Shown: positions 1-13,589 of the stretch, piece after piece | Layout of the letters: each line of letters begins with the position of its first letter | Position numbering within the stretch: position 1 is the stretch's first letter | Assembly: GCA_051530055.1 (NCBI GenBank) | Contig: CM121342.1 | Location: 3,010,797 to 3,074,796, forward strand | DNA length: 64,000 bases | Direction: 5' to 3' | From: Neoechinorhynchus agilis | Lineage: Eukaryota > Animalia > Acanthocephala | Program-made: the position numbers and the translations under genes | Notes under the pieces: generated by a model | Database searches by the model: none | The model's input: only the letters and a program-made list of their open reading frames with translations | Told to the model about the DNA's origin: nothing

Positions 1-129
1 CATAATATCCATGAGTACGAGGTCTTTTGAATATTTGACTAAATTCTTGGCCAGACTCAACCGGACACAAGGAACGCTGAATTTACGACAAGTACTACTT
101 GGAGAGAAGCTAGGAATTGCACGGTCCAT

Positions 130-1210
130 CAGGGTAGTCGGTCCAATGCTCCGAAGCCATCAAATGAAAATATATCCATTCGCCCAACAAACGGAAGCTT
201 AAACTCACTCTGAAAAAGCAAACCCTCCAGTTCAACCTTCCTTGAATTGTCTTACGCTAACTGAGCAGACCTCAGGCTCGACATTAGACGCGCGTTTGTT
301 TCTCGGCGTAATCGTTCTCAGTGGCAATCTTCAGAAAGGAGGAGTTGAGGCCACTCGTTTCCTTTTCCGATTAGCCGTCCGGTTTGCCGAGACAGCGATT
401 CATGCCACTGAAACAGCTACCACTTGGATTTTCGGAAAAAAGGCACCCTGTGAGATGATGGTCGATTTGCAAAGCTTTAATATTGTAATGCCTATTGATT
501 CCAAACAAGCTTCATACGTGAACTATACGCCTTGGAGTCCTATTGGTCTATGTAACTCGCCATACGAAACACTCCTCATGAATATCATTTATTTGGCATG
601 TTCAACGAACCCGAGCATAAAGACAGTCGATGAACAAAGAGTTCCAAAGTATACGAAGAGGCGAAATAGACGCCGAACTGAGTCCTTACCTACAGATTCC
701 AAGGCCGATGACGAAAGGGAAGACCCCAATACTAAATAAATGGAGTGATTGCAAGATTTCTAAGCGAAAAGGGATGGAGACTAATCCGAGGGTGCAGGAA
801 CGGAAGCCTTTAACTCCCGATTACTGAGATCCCGACATATAGCTAGGAACTACCAGCGCAGGAAGGATTACCCAATGCACCATTGATTAATTTAGAACCA
901 AAAGGAAAGCTAGAATTCACCAACTCTTGGAAGAACTTGTCGCTTCTACTTCACTTGCACCTTTAGCTCCAACCACATACAAAACTAATCAATACCCGGG
1001 ATTTTGATTGCCTATGATTGACTCAATATATAGCCATACCTTAACCAATTGGACGGAACTGCATGTAAAGAGGATCATCGATGCTTATACATCAGTCTAT
1101 TGCATTGGCAGTTCCCCTAGTCCACTTCAATCTCGCATAAATCTTTCACTCCGCCTCGGCCCCTTTTTCCATACTGCCCAATCTCTTCGGATATTGAAAT
1201 GGACCTGATA
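130..1210 (+). mobile_element. Heavily decayed Ty3/Gypsy integrase-like scraps
   Basis: Frameshifted LAY/RNTPH at ~556-580 resembles the integrase motif LLAYRxTPH; WTELHV..IIDAYTS in ORF 1008..1208 resembles WxRLHxD..xIDAYSK. No intact ORF. Confidence 0.3.
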
Positions 1211-1887
1211 AAAGACTACTCATAAACTATCCTATGCAGATCGGGCTCGTAATAAACTCCAAAATCAACAGTCACATTCATTTATCCTGTCGGAACTCGA
1301 ATGTTCACGAGATTCCAAAGTTACATGCTTCCTCGTGGTTGTTTATTAATAAAATGTTTTGTTATTTTAATGGTTGGTCAACAAAGTGCAGTTAAGTTTC
1401 AGTGCTTAATATTTTTATTGTTAAAAATAGAGGAAACATTTACCTCTGAGCCCTCATGAACATTCGAACAATATAATAGATGCCTTGGATGTTGTCCGTT
1501 CGGGTGGGAATGTCCGTTCTTGTGGGGATTGGCGGATCTGCTGGCGTTCATTCCACTGATAAGAACCAAAACTTGGAAGCTACTGCGATTCCTGTGCTGG
1601 CATGACGGTTATTTTAAAGTGATGAATATATCCCATTCTATAATTCCATTTCATTTTTACTCTGTCAACCACAGAACCTCAAAGGTTTATTTAACTCGTC
1701 GTAATAACTCACACAATGTAAGAAAATGTGAATTTGTTTTTGTAAGCGAAGGTTAAATCACACATAGCCATTATTTTGTTATCTTACAGAACCATGAAAA
1801 GACTTTCATTCTTATGATTAATAAGAATGAAGTCGCTATAACAACGGTAATAAAGTTTATTTGTTTCAGATTAGGTAAACATAGAGA

Positions 1888-3098
1888 ATGACGGATTCAT
1901 TAAGTTCAGCAGGGCATTCAGACGAAAATGCCCGTTTTTCTATGGATTCATTGGATTCCGTTAACCTACGGATGTTTCACAACTTGTCCCAAGTAGTCGT
2001 TCCGATGAATGTGTCGGAGTTTTTCTCTCTTCGTTTTCCATTTAAAGTCTACGAACTAATTATAAAAGACAGTTTACAGATTGAAAAAGTTCCCGTTCTA
2101 TCTGTTACTTTTCGCAAGTTAGAACCAAATGGAATTAAAGTAAAAATTAGAGGATCGGATGGTCGCCTTAGGGAGAGTGTTATAATAGATTATTCTCGAG
2201 GACTGATCAAAGAAATTTCTAGTGGTCATTACGCATTCGTCGCCAGAGATTCTATGATATTTGAACGGATGCCACTTAAAGAGCAAATGGAAGCTATTGT
2301 AAGGCTGGAACGAGCTGGATACATACGTCTTAAGTATTTACTTCAAAAATTGTATTGGTATCCAAGATGTGAAATCGACCTGAATAACACCGACGGATCA
2401 TGTGGTGGTCGATATAGATTTTGGGCAAACGTGAGAAACGATGGAGTTTGTGCCATTAAAGTCAACAGACTCCAGTTGTGTATAAACGACGTCGAGAACG
2501 GTGCCACATTCATTGAGTGGGGTAAACCGTTTTTATTTAACCCGGAAACGACATTTCGGATCCCGATTGATAAAATTAAAGTGAAATGGTAGGCAGATCC
2601 AGACGCTGGGACTGTCTGCCAATCTTAAAAGTAGATACCTATTGCTATTATCGATTTAACATAAAAAAGATTAGTGAAAACGCTGAGACAATGTTCGATA
2701 TGAGAAGACATGTTCAGCTACTTTCCAGCTACTCAATCCCGCCGACTATGACGGAATTCAAAGAAGACGGTAGATTGTTGATTCAAAAGAAGTTGGATGA
2801 GATAAGTGAGGAAAATCCATTTACGATTGATCTTGGTCCTGATAAGAATCTCAAATGCGTTAGATGTTCTGAGAAAATTGGGCAGAAAAATGTGTCCGTC
2901 ACACTCACTTTTAAAAATAGAAAACGATTTAAAGTGAGTTTCATTTACGAAGAAAGATTTGTCGAGTTTAAACAAACGGTGAAATATTCAAACTTTAGTC
3001 TTGGACAAGGAATTTCTTTAGAAGAAAATGGATTCAACGTGGAAGCCGATGTGGCTGGATTAGAAGCTAAAAGTTTTTCTTACTTAATCGAATTTTAA
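1888..3098 (+). CDS. Orphan protein; probably one two-exon gene (ORFs 1888..2592 and 2586..3098)
   Basis: Two long ORFs overlap by 7 nt. A GT-AG intron at 2522-2592 (71 nt, phase 1) joins them in frame (IEW-G-RSRRW). No family recognised. Confidence 0.5.
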
Positions 3099-3494
3099 TA
3101 AGTTAGTAATGCTTTATTAGTGGGGAAAATAGTTAAGGTTGTTTTAATGAAGATTATCTTTATTGCAAGATTGTTGAACCAGCACACATAAATATTTTAA
3201 TTCTCGATCAATAGCATTCTTAAAAAACTTTAAGTGGTGAGTACTGTACTTAGTTCATTGCTGTACCTTTAAATTATCGCCTCGATCGCCGGGATATTGA
3301 GAAACTACCTTTATAGATTCAGCCGGGATTCTCTGATTTTTAAACGTACAAAATTATTCTATCAAACGAATCTTACAAATTGCGATAATAACAGTGTGTC
3401 CAACAGAAATAGGTCTCAGTACGGAAATAGCATCGTAATTTGAGTTAATTATTAAATCAAGTTTCAAATATTTGTACCACCTCCAATTTTTTTC

Positions 3495-5733
3495 TCAAAA
3501 ACCCCCACGATCAGTGCATCCCGTCATAGTCAAAGAAGCATGAATAGTCTTCGAATTAGGATCCAATAAGCAGTAATTTGCTCTTTGCCGTTCAAGGCGC
3601 CTTAAAGCGTCCACAGTAATCGCAGGACACAAATGCCATTCTTCGTGTAAATCTATAAAAGCGTTTTGACCTGCCCATTCTTCACTGCTAAACTCCTTAA
3701 TATTATTGATACCGATTGTTGCGTCCAAAAAATCATTTAACTCGTTTGTTTTATCAGTTGTACGATTCACATCCAATTCTAAAGAACTTTAGCCGATGAA
3801 ATTATGGTGTTGTTCGTACTTGGAAGATGTGAAAATAGTATCAGAAAATCGTTAACATCTTTGACATCGTTCAAAATTTGTTCTTTCAATTGGAGAATAA
3901 TGCTGACACATGTCAAAGTTATCATTAAAACACCATTTTCACTCTGTAAAATGTTGTCCCAAATGGTCAATGATCGGTTTAATCCAAAAAGACCTATAAA
4001 ACATAACACGTAAAGATATTTAAAGTTTAAAAGTACTTATAAAAACTGTCAGTAGCCATGGAATAGCAAATAACTCAGGACCGAAATTTAGTCGTCTAAA
4101 ACGATTGGCTAATTTTGGCTCGAAGAATGTTAGGAGCTGAAGAAACAGCATTAATCGATTTCTGATGGATTTTGGTGTCATTATTGAGCATAGGAATCCT
4201 TTGAATAACAAGCTGGTGAGTCTGTGGAGACAACTCGCAGCGACCGCATCGTTTCCATAGTTCATTTTAACAAACATCGCAGTGAGTGAATCTAATCCTT
4301 GCCAATAGCGAAGGTCGGGATTTAGAAAAAGCCATGTCTAAATATCATTAAACGCGATGAAAATATCATTAAGGCTTACTCTAAGTACAGTCAACAATTG
4401 CAATTGACCTTCTGGTGAGGATAGAAGAGGATCATATTGATGACATCGTCCGATATCGAGCCGGATTTGTTTCAAATCACTGCATCTGTGTGATTCGTCT
4501 TCTATGACAAGATTAAGATCATTCGTCTAAGTAGGAGTTTTTCGCGAATGCGACCAGCAAAAAGTAGATAAATACTCCAATATCCAATAATAAATGCCAT
4601 ACTGTAGATCTAATCTTCGTAATAAATCCAGCTGAAAATTGTGGCATATTTTTTAGGAAACTGATTGGTGTTTGGTTTCCGTGAGCACATAGGAGTGATC
4701 GTTTGAATTGTCGAATCCATTCAGATGATACAGTGTCCTCGCTTTGTAATTTGAGCAAGTCCATTGATGAAAACAGAATAGCACCTGATTGGCGATCAAT
4801 TGTGCTAAGTTTCTTAATAAAAGTTGTATAGCAAATCAAAGCAAAAAGCTAACAAAATTTGGCAGGTTGAATCGTTTAATTTAGAAGACATTGAGACAAA
4901 ACTCACTCCCAATTTCCAAACTTCGTATTCATCAATGCATCTTTCAGAAAATGCCGTTTCTAAAAAATTAGTTATTGGAGACGGTGCGCGTTTTTAACAC
5001 CAACCAATATTATCAATAGCATTTCTTCTATAGAATGGATCAATAAATTGATCGAATCCGATATACTCATCCATACTATGCCAAGATTCGGTATATACAC
5101 CCGATTTTATTTCTGATAAAAAATCTTGAAATTTCTGTGAATCCAAGACATCACTAATCGCTTCCATCGCAAGCATAATAAGCGAAATAAGATCTTTAAA
5201 TATTTCCTCAGTACTCTTGAATTGCAGTTCCCTTGACTGCTTCAGATAGTTATGTCCGTACGCACGAATCTTCGGTCCATCCTATTCGTAGCCGTTGAAT
5301 TATATAGAGATTAATCTATCAAAAACCTTCGTTAATATCAATCGATCAACCAATTGCTCTTCCTTCTTGAGAAAATCTAAAAGATCTTTTCTCTTTAGCT
5401 CCCTGAGTGCACTAAGGATTTGTTTAAAGAATTCTATTCCTTCTTCTTCACTGCTTATACACTTCCTCAATAATTCCTCATTTTCAAAAACCATTTTCAT
5501 AGCCATTGGAGAATCCTCAGTCACAACGCAAAAGGATTCTATGTGTAATACAATGAGCCTTTCGAAAATTCTAAGAACTTTAAATTACCCCCAGATTGAA
5601 TAACGTCTAAATATTGACAAAGACCTCGATGTTCGATTCCGGAAAGTATATTATATCGAGAAACGAACGCGTTTCTTTGATCTGCACTTGTGGTATACGA
5701 TTTAAAACTCACGTACCGATCCTTAGTCGACAT
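3495..5733 (-). CDS. TBCK: TBC domain-containing protein kinase-like (pseudokinase + TBC + reduced rhodanese-like tail)
   Basis: Motifs STVWHLLL, QIRLDIGRCHQYDPLLSSPEG, PDLRYWQGLDSL, FGPELFAIPWLLTVF, LFSHLP. Exons join in frame through canonical GT-AG introns of ~41-60 nt. Confidence 0.93.
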
Positions 5734-7605
5734 TTTAACTATCTAAAAATACTTTTTTTCGTCTTCTTAAAGGTTTTCAGAGGATATCATCGCTGTTTTT
5801 TATATTACGGCGATGATATTTTAAACGAAATCTATCAGCATTATCGCCGGGCATTCCAGCATCAACGAAAAAATATTTGCCTTATCTTGGCAGTTAGGTG
5901 TGGTGTTAATCTTCACACGAATTTGAAAGTATCGAAGTTTACGAGAAGTGCGAATATTTTGAAATAAAACCCGAATTTTAAACTTTAATTAGTACTAAAA
6001 TGAATATCGAAGTGACAAATAAAAAATACGCTGAATTGAACTTAGATTAATTGATTTGTGTTGATTTGACTTTCTTTGTAGTCTCAATTAATCTGTCGGC
6101 GTCCAAATTAAAGGGAACTCAAGTGTTTAAAATCTTTGATTAAAAAGCACGAGCACAAACTGCATTGATATCGGAAATCATACGTTTCAATCACAAAGTG
6201 CGAAATTAACAGATATTGATCTTATGATTCATATCCGAAAAGCTCAAAAATCAGAAACTCGACTATCCGAAATCTTCAATATCTCCTAATGTATCAACAT
6301 TTCGAATAGTACAACGAAAAATGAGTGATTATATTTTAGCGTAAAATCAAATCGCCAAATTGTTACCGGAGCGATCACAACCGAACGTATTTATCATCAT
6401 ATTTGGTCAATAGTTACAAGAGTGAAAGATCACAAAATTTGCAAGACGAATTGAACAAATGCGATTTGCGACGTTAATATGAAAGCTACCAATTTATAGT
6501 ATTGTTCGTTTAGTACTTCTCGACAGAAATGATTTGGAATCGCAAGAATTCTCGAAAGGATTATATAAAAACCTTTATTTTTAGCCTTAATTTTAAAAGA
6601 CAGTTTACAAACGAATGTCAGACCGACACGAGTTTTCGGTATTCGGGCCTTGTGAACGGAAAAACTCCTAACGTCTCATTTCTTCTTTTAAAACGAGATG
6701 GCAATTTAAAGAACGTAATTTAAACATTCAATTTGAATTTATTTTAAAAATCTGCTCAATAAAACTAAGCTCATAGATTGTATCTATGAAAAAACCGAAA
6801 CGAAAAGATTTTTATTTTTATGATTTTAACGTCTCAAATCTAGAACAGGAGATTCAAAATAATCTCTATACGACCATAAAGCAAAATATATATTTTAGGT
6901 TCTAAGAATTCTTTGCCTCAGCAATAAAACAAGCTTCTTTATTGCTAAGACTTTCTTTCAGAAGTAATGGAATTTCTTTAAATGGATATTGAGTTTTATT
7001 TCCGGGGTTGTATTTCATTACTCGCCTTTAGCTCTTTTTTTACGTGGGGAAAAATATTTTTGGCATTTATACGCCAATTATAACTTTTATATAGTTTACA
7101 AAAATTCTGCAAAAAATATAATTTCACTTTTTAATTATTTTGCGAAGCTCGATTATTGCACTATTTATAATCTCCGTTTTATTATATTGGGTTTAAACTT
7201 GTTTATCTAATTTTGTATAGGCAAAATCAGGCGTTTTACGTTCTTACCCAACTCGAATTTTCGATTAGTTTTCCACGAATGATATCTTTAGATGACATCT
7301 CTTTTTACTTTGATTTGCCAATGAAAATTGCTTATTCCAATTTTTCTCTTAAACATGAAAATTTCGGTATTTCGTAATGGTTATTATATAAAATAATTTT
7401 CGTTTTATTGCGATTTTAAGTCGAAATAAAATAATTGTAGAAGAAAAATGAGAGAATAGCTAAAAGCTTCTATTTTTCTTTATAAATTTTTGCTTTGTTC
7501 GCTTATGTTAATCCCTCAATCTCTTCGTCGGTGATCCTTGTCTTGCCGAACTTCGTCATTTTATAAAACTCCTAATTTGATATTAAGAAAAATTCTAAAT
7601 AAAAT

Positions 7606-10600
7606 TCATACCTTATAAACGTTTTCGTCCTTCTCAAATATAAAATCAGCACCCTTAAAATGTTTCAAGATTTCATTCACTCCTAGCGGTCTATTCTGAA
7701 GTTCATGCTTTCTCATCGGAGTCAAACAATTTTTAATAGCTTCAACAAAATGACCGCCACATAGTCCCTCGGTTACTTCAGCTAAAGCGAACACATCATT
7801 TTCTGAAAAGCCTTTCAGCATAAATCTATCCAATACATGTCGCCAGATTTCTTTAATCGTATTTAAAATTGTACTGAAATGAAATCTAGTCGACTCACCT
7901 AATCTGGACCGCCTGGACGGCCTCGGCATCAGTGTCACAATGTCGAACATTTTTTCCAATTTTTTTATTTCTTGTTTTCGAGGCACGATCATTGTTCCTA
8001 TTATCATTGCCCGGCGACTCTTTATGAACTTTGTTAATGTTTTAATAATCCTTAGACACCGTTTTTGGTTTTTTGTCAAAAAACGTTTCTTCTTTTTTTT
8101 CGGGAACAATTTCTCAACTTCCCCAATCAATATTATGACAGGTGGAAATTCGGTGATTGCCTTCGTAAGTAGATTTTACATTAAGCAAAATTTCATTCTT
8201 TTTCATTAATTTTACCTTTTTCAAAAATGAAATGATCATTTTCCCCTGTCTGTCCATTACATATTTATTCATCAAATTGCTTACCGACAAGTTAATTAAA
8301 AGTCCACCAATAGAGTTGCACAGTGCTTTTGCGACCATCTTTTTTCCAGATTTCGGGGGACCGGCAATTAAAATAGAATTTACGTTTGGAAATTGAGAAC
8401 GCAATTTGTCTGATACTGTCAGAAAAATACGAGTCAAAAATTGCAATTAAGAATAGTCTTACATAAAGGATAAGCTATCATTAGTATCATAAAATCCTTA
8501 ATGTCTCCAATATCTGGCATAGGTTCTATTGTAACTGAAGATTGAGTTTTAACTAACAAGGTTTTTAGTTTTTTATATACGGCAGTAAAAAGTGGAGCTA
8601 CGAGTGACTTAAACTTTTAAATTACTTTTTCTTCAAATGTGCTAGAAACTATAATTTAATTTTACGAATGAGTTTGTATTTATCTAGGGTACGTAATTAC
8701 TGGAAAACTCAGATTTTAGATTTTTATGCTTTGACAAAGCAGAAGTTAATTAAATATCCACGACTCCCCAACTCAATCAGTTACGCTAATCCGCTTTCGA
8801 GTTCCAGAGACGGCATCGGTTGTCGAACGCCTTTGACGTCGTCAAGCGTGAATTCTAATGGATACTCGATAAGTCCAAAATCTAGGAGTTCCGCCATGAT
8901 CCCTTTGACCGTCCTACACTTTAATATGTAGACATAATCTTCATGGTCACTAGAAAATTACCGTTGGTTGATATTGCGTTTCTTTTTCGGTCTGGGTTTT
9001 ATATTTTTGCCTGCTGTTACTTCTTTAAATGGATATTTGGCCGAACCATCTATAGCCTAAATGCCGGTCACAGATTAGCGAATTTTAAAGGAAACTACAG
9101 AAAATCTTCCTTTTATATACTAGTGAACAATATTTAAAATTGTATTTTTGGAATCTATACTATTAAGAAATGGAACATCAACAGAAATATACATTTTTTA
9201 GCCCGTAACGAAATAGTTATGGCTGCTCCGGGAACTTGTTTGTCGCTTAATGGTATTAAGTTGGCGTTTTTGAAGTCTTTGGACCCAATGGATTAATTTT
9301 GAAGTGAAATTTACAAACCCGTTGAAGGATGTTGACTTGATCGCTCATATTCGCATTCACCAAATCCATAAATTGAACGTCAGCATTTAAATCATTAGAT
9401 TCCGTGATCTTCATCCAATCATCAGCGATCTCAGGTTTCTTAGCTGACTTTACTAGATGAATAATTATAATACATTATAGATGTAAACTCTTAAGAAATC
9501 ACATTTAAATTCTTTTGTCAGCTCATTGATGCGTACAAGGTTCGCCGAATACTTATTAGTTGTAACATCCGTCTTCATTTTTGCTTCTTTTTTCGCACCT
9601 TTTTCTTTCTTTGGTTTTACTGGTTTTTCAATTATATCCATTAATTCCAGCGTACTGATATCTTTCATCAGCGCTCGCATTCCTTCCTCGGGAAATGCGG
9701 GAAACGCACCTGTCAGTGCCCTAATGTTAACGAACAAGTAAAAGCTCGGAAAGCAATCTTTAAAACGTAAACCTAAGATGACAAAATTAAATTGATTTCT
9801 TAAGATTTGAACTTTTGGTGCCTGCTAAACTTGCAAAAAACGCTAGCAACTTTTAAGTATTTTGACATTATTTCGCCAAGCGGAACTTTCAAAAATGGAA
9901 ATCCGCACATTCATCGTAATACGGAATTACAATTTCATACGAAAATTTCTCACGTTGTCACATGAACGAGCGAAGTATTCTCAAATTTTCTGTGATTTCG
10001 TATCGGGAACCAAAATCAAGTGAAACTTACCTTGATTCGAACATCCACTGTATAAGTGAGTTGTTCAAGGAAATATATTTTTGAAGATAATCACTTGACG
10101 GATTATCCAGTTTTCCTGTCATTTCATTTTCACTTACTTCTGACTTCTCAATATCTTTGCTGGTTAACTCTTTTTTTGATGGCTCACTTAAATTAACATC
10201 ATTTCGATAAATTAGACTTTTCAAAATAGCTTCTTGAAGGAACTCAATGGCACTATCATCAAGTGAAGACGCGTAATCGTTCAAATATTTAAAAGCGTCT
10301 TCTCGTCGCTGCCGTGAAAACTCGTGGTTCGCTACTATCCTCTCCATGTCTTTTATTTCCATATCATCGTCTGAACTGTCAATGAATTCCCAATCGCCAC
10401 TGATGGTCATAACATTATCAAGCTTTTCCCTTTGCTTTTGTATTCGAGATTTTAGCGCCTCAGGGATTGCCATGAATGATGAACCCTAAATCATTTGATG
10501 AACGTTAGAACTTTTTTTTATTCCAACGCTCACATAATCTACTCGTTCCATTGTTTCAATCTTTTGGAAGTATTGAAACAACCACTCACTTGTATCTACC

Positions 10601-10993
10601 ATTGCGTTCTTTAGTTCGATCAAGCGACCAACCATTGCCTCAACCAACTCCTCAATATACTCAAGTCTTTGACCTGTACTGAATCTCACGCTTTTGCCCA
10701 ATTCATTAATCAATACATTGTAACGGACGAATAGACTCTGCAACTTATCCATTACATCTCTCGATCCCTAAAATAAAGTAAAGTGTTTGATCTTCATCTG
10801 CATACTAAAAACCTGATTTCTAGCTTCCGGCTTAGAAATCATGGCGTCATAATTGACTAAGTTGATCACTTTGGTCAAAAGGATATCAAACTCGGAATCG
10901 AGGATTCTAAGTGGTACTGACGCCGGGCCACTTGCCATTTCGAAATTCGCACAACATACTTAAAAACCTTAAGACAGTTTCATGAGTATCCAT
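7606..10993 (-). CDS. IQCA1: IQ and AAA domain-containing protein / dynein regulatory complex subunit 11, multi-exon
   Basis: N-terminal AMVGRLIELKNAMVD; AAA P-loop region SILIAGPPKSGKKMVAKALCNSIGGLLINLS; C-terminal LMPRPS..LAEVTEGLCGGH. Start MDTHE at 10993 is inferred from splicing. Confidence 0.85.
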
Positions 10994-12080
10994 GACAACT
11001 AGTGAGACTGATGAAGTTAATTGTCCAATGCAAAAGAGCGTTATTTGCTTCTTTATGAACATTCGTTTATTGATAACAATAAATCTAAAAATCCCAGATA
11101 CAGATTGTCCCATCGATTATTCCATCTTGTTTTCCTCTTAGCAAATTAACAATGTCCCTTTAATCCATTAACAAATTAAGACAAAAATCCGTTTTAACTA
11201 GTTGTTTTCACTTTGAGTTTTGCTAACGCAGATCACCGGCTGGTTCATCAGCAATCAACCTTCACCAATCATAACTGATTCCGTTTTTATCCACTTGTTC
11301 TAGTACAGATTCAGTCAAACTACTAAATTACATTGAGCCACATTCGTTTAATACACTTAAAAAATACAAGTAAATCTTTAAATTTCGATCAAAACGATAA
11401 ATTATAAAGTATAATTTAACGTGTATGGATGAACATTCTTTTTTTTTACTTTTTAAGAATTATTGTGCTGGTGTAACTCTCAACAGTATGTCTAAGCATA
11501 ACCAGCGTTTCAATCTTTCCTTATAAATTTACACGGTGTTAGTAATAGTATATTTTCAAATATTCAACTGTCCTTTGTATTAGCAATTGTTTGACAGTAA
11601 AATCATCTTGACAAATTAAAAGACTTTAAATTCGTTACTGCAATCTATGATTGCTGTTCCTTTAATAAACATAGCACTTAATTGAAAAGATTCTAAGTTT
11701 TTGACTATTTTCAGCTATCCTCAAAACCAGATTTATAAACGCATCGAAGTTTTAAATTTCAAAAAAGCATCTACCATATTTTCGATAAAACTACCATAAG
11801 ATCGACGCAACCCTGAAAAAGTAATAGCGCTACAAAAAAATAAACTGGAAAATAATAGATTTTCAATGTGAAAACGAACTCAAGATTGCAAGAAAAGAAT
11901 TAAATTTTAAAAGTAGAAACTCTCAAACAAAAAGTCTTTGTCGTGAAACACAAATAAGCTAAATATAATTTCACTTTTAACAGATTTATCAACTTAATGA
12001 TTGGACTTCTTGTGACCATGAGAAAATATAATTACTTTTTACAATTAGTAATCGTTTAAAAAATTAAAAACTATTCATAC

Positions 12081-12658
12081 TTGTTTATGGCGTAAAAATT
12101 AAAAGAATTTATTAAATCCTCTGGGACGCCACGTGTGTGGATACCCTCGCAGCCAGCAACATTCCCCTCTCCCTCGAAATCGCCGGTGCTGCCGCCAGTA
12201 CAGCGGAAGGGAGGAAAATACGGAAATATCTTCACTTATCGAGGGCTCACTATTTTGTCCCCTTTGGGGTAGAGACGTATGGAGCGCTCGGCACTCTCTC
12301 TGCTCCAGGATCTCTCGAAGAAATTGAGAGAGGCAACCGGAGACTCAAGAGCAGGCGTATTCCTTCGACAAAATATCTCGCTGGCAGTACAACGGGGCAA
12401 TGCTGCCAGCGTGATGGCGACGGTCGAGGAAGGACAAAAGCTGGAATTCGGTGGGAGGTGGTGAGTGTGCTTCAAACAGATTGTTTGAATTGTTAAAAAT
12501 ATATAATGTTTTTTTCGGAACACAATCTTATACACGTTTATCAATGTTGCTTCAAATATCTAAAAAAACCTACAAGCAACCTTGATAAAAAGGCGTACAA
12601 GATTGTGCGCCGAAATATTGGATTTAATAAATTCTTTTAATTTTTACGCAATATACAA
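12081..12658. mobile_element. Hairpin MITE copy interrupted by a CRE retrotransposon fragment
   Basis: Left TIR ttgtttatggcgtaaaaattaaaagaatttattaaatcc (12081-12119) resumes as tttcggaacacaatctt after ~12510. The right TIR ends at tttttacgcaatatacaa. Confidence 0.75.
12121..12464 (+). mobile_element. CRE-clade non-LTR retrotransposon 3' fragment (restriction-like endonuclease domain), frameshifted
   Basis: WDATCVDTLA..AGAAASTAEGRKIRKY..FVPFGVETYG, then in a second frame LREATGDSRAGVFLRQNISLAVQRGNAASVMAT. Confidence 0.85.
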
Positions 12659-12794
12659 GCAAAAAAATTCCATTTAGACGAGCTTCTTGATACTTCGAAA
12701 TTTTACGGTACCTTTTGGTCAGCTAAAAATCCTATAATTTTTTCCTAAGGAATATACAACTACAACTTTCATCATTTGCTATTACTAATAACGC

Positions 12795-12874
12795 TTGTTT
12801 ATGGCGTAAAATTTAAAGGAATTTATTAAATCAGATATTTCGGAACACAATCTTGTACGCGTTCATCAAAGTTG
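12795..12874. mobile_element. Partial MITE copy (left TIR only)
   Basis: ttgtttatggcgtaaaatttaaaggaatttattaaatcagatatttcggaacacaatcttgtacgcg matches the 19595 copy. Confidence 0.7.
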
Positions 12875-13178
12875 TTTGTAAGTTTATAATTATGTATAGA
12901 AATCTCGATGAAGGCAAAAATATGTATGAAGCTTTTTTATTTAGTTGCATTTACGCCCAAATTTCGATAAAAAAAGCATTTAAAATTGGATAGGACGAAA
13001 AGCAAGTTGATCATTTGCCTAATTTTTAGTGGCCGGTTTCCCTTCGCTTCATAGAATATTTAAAAATCTGGGTTAGTGGGCAATTCAAAACAGTTTTGCT
13101 CAATAAAGTCAGACTGAATAAATTTACTAACTAATCCAAGATTCCGATAATGCGATTCGCGCTACGCCTGTAATAGAT

Positions 13179-13589
13179 TTAGCTACGAACTTTTCTCCAG
13201 CATCTCGCCTGAGTTCGTGAAGAAGAGAAATCTTGACTTGAGTAATCGTAACGACTTTCCGATGAATCCAAATTGTAAACAGCAGGTCGTAATGTAAAGG
13301 ATGTTACTTGATTCTTACATGATAATGAAAATTCCAATGAACTATTCGTCGCAGAGCCGCCATCAGGCAACCATTTTCTAGGGCGTTGAGAAATATTACT
13401 GAGTTCGTCGATCACCCTTCGAAAGTTGCTAGAAAAAATGTGAACGGTAAATGCGCACTTTTTGATTGCTTGAGAATATAAACTATCAACTCCATTAAGA
13501 GACTCAGTTTTAGTCGCGTTTTCAAAAATAGGTAAGCATTTCAAATGACGGATTGCGAGGAATAGAAAAGCGAGATGCATTGTGTTCAT
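13179..13589 (-). pseudogene. Signal-peptide ORF; possibly an internally deleted trehalase N-terminus
   Basis: Starts with hydrophobic MNTMHLAFLFLAIRHLKCLP. DSLYSQ and NFRRVIDEL..PRKW loosely resemble GH37 N-terminal motifs. Shares promoter and first 11 codons with the 14739 ORF. Confidence 0.4.

Noticed and set aside
6200-6740. Possible pogo/CENP-B transposase relic (RLSEIFNIS; RWQFKERN)
   Set aside because: Many stops and only faint motif similarity; not supportable.
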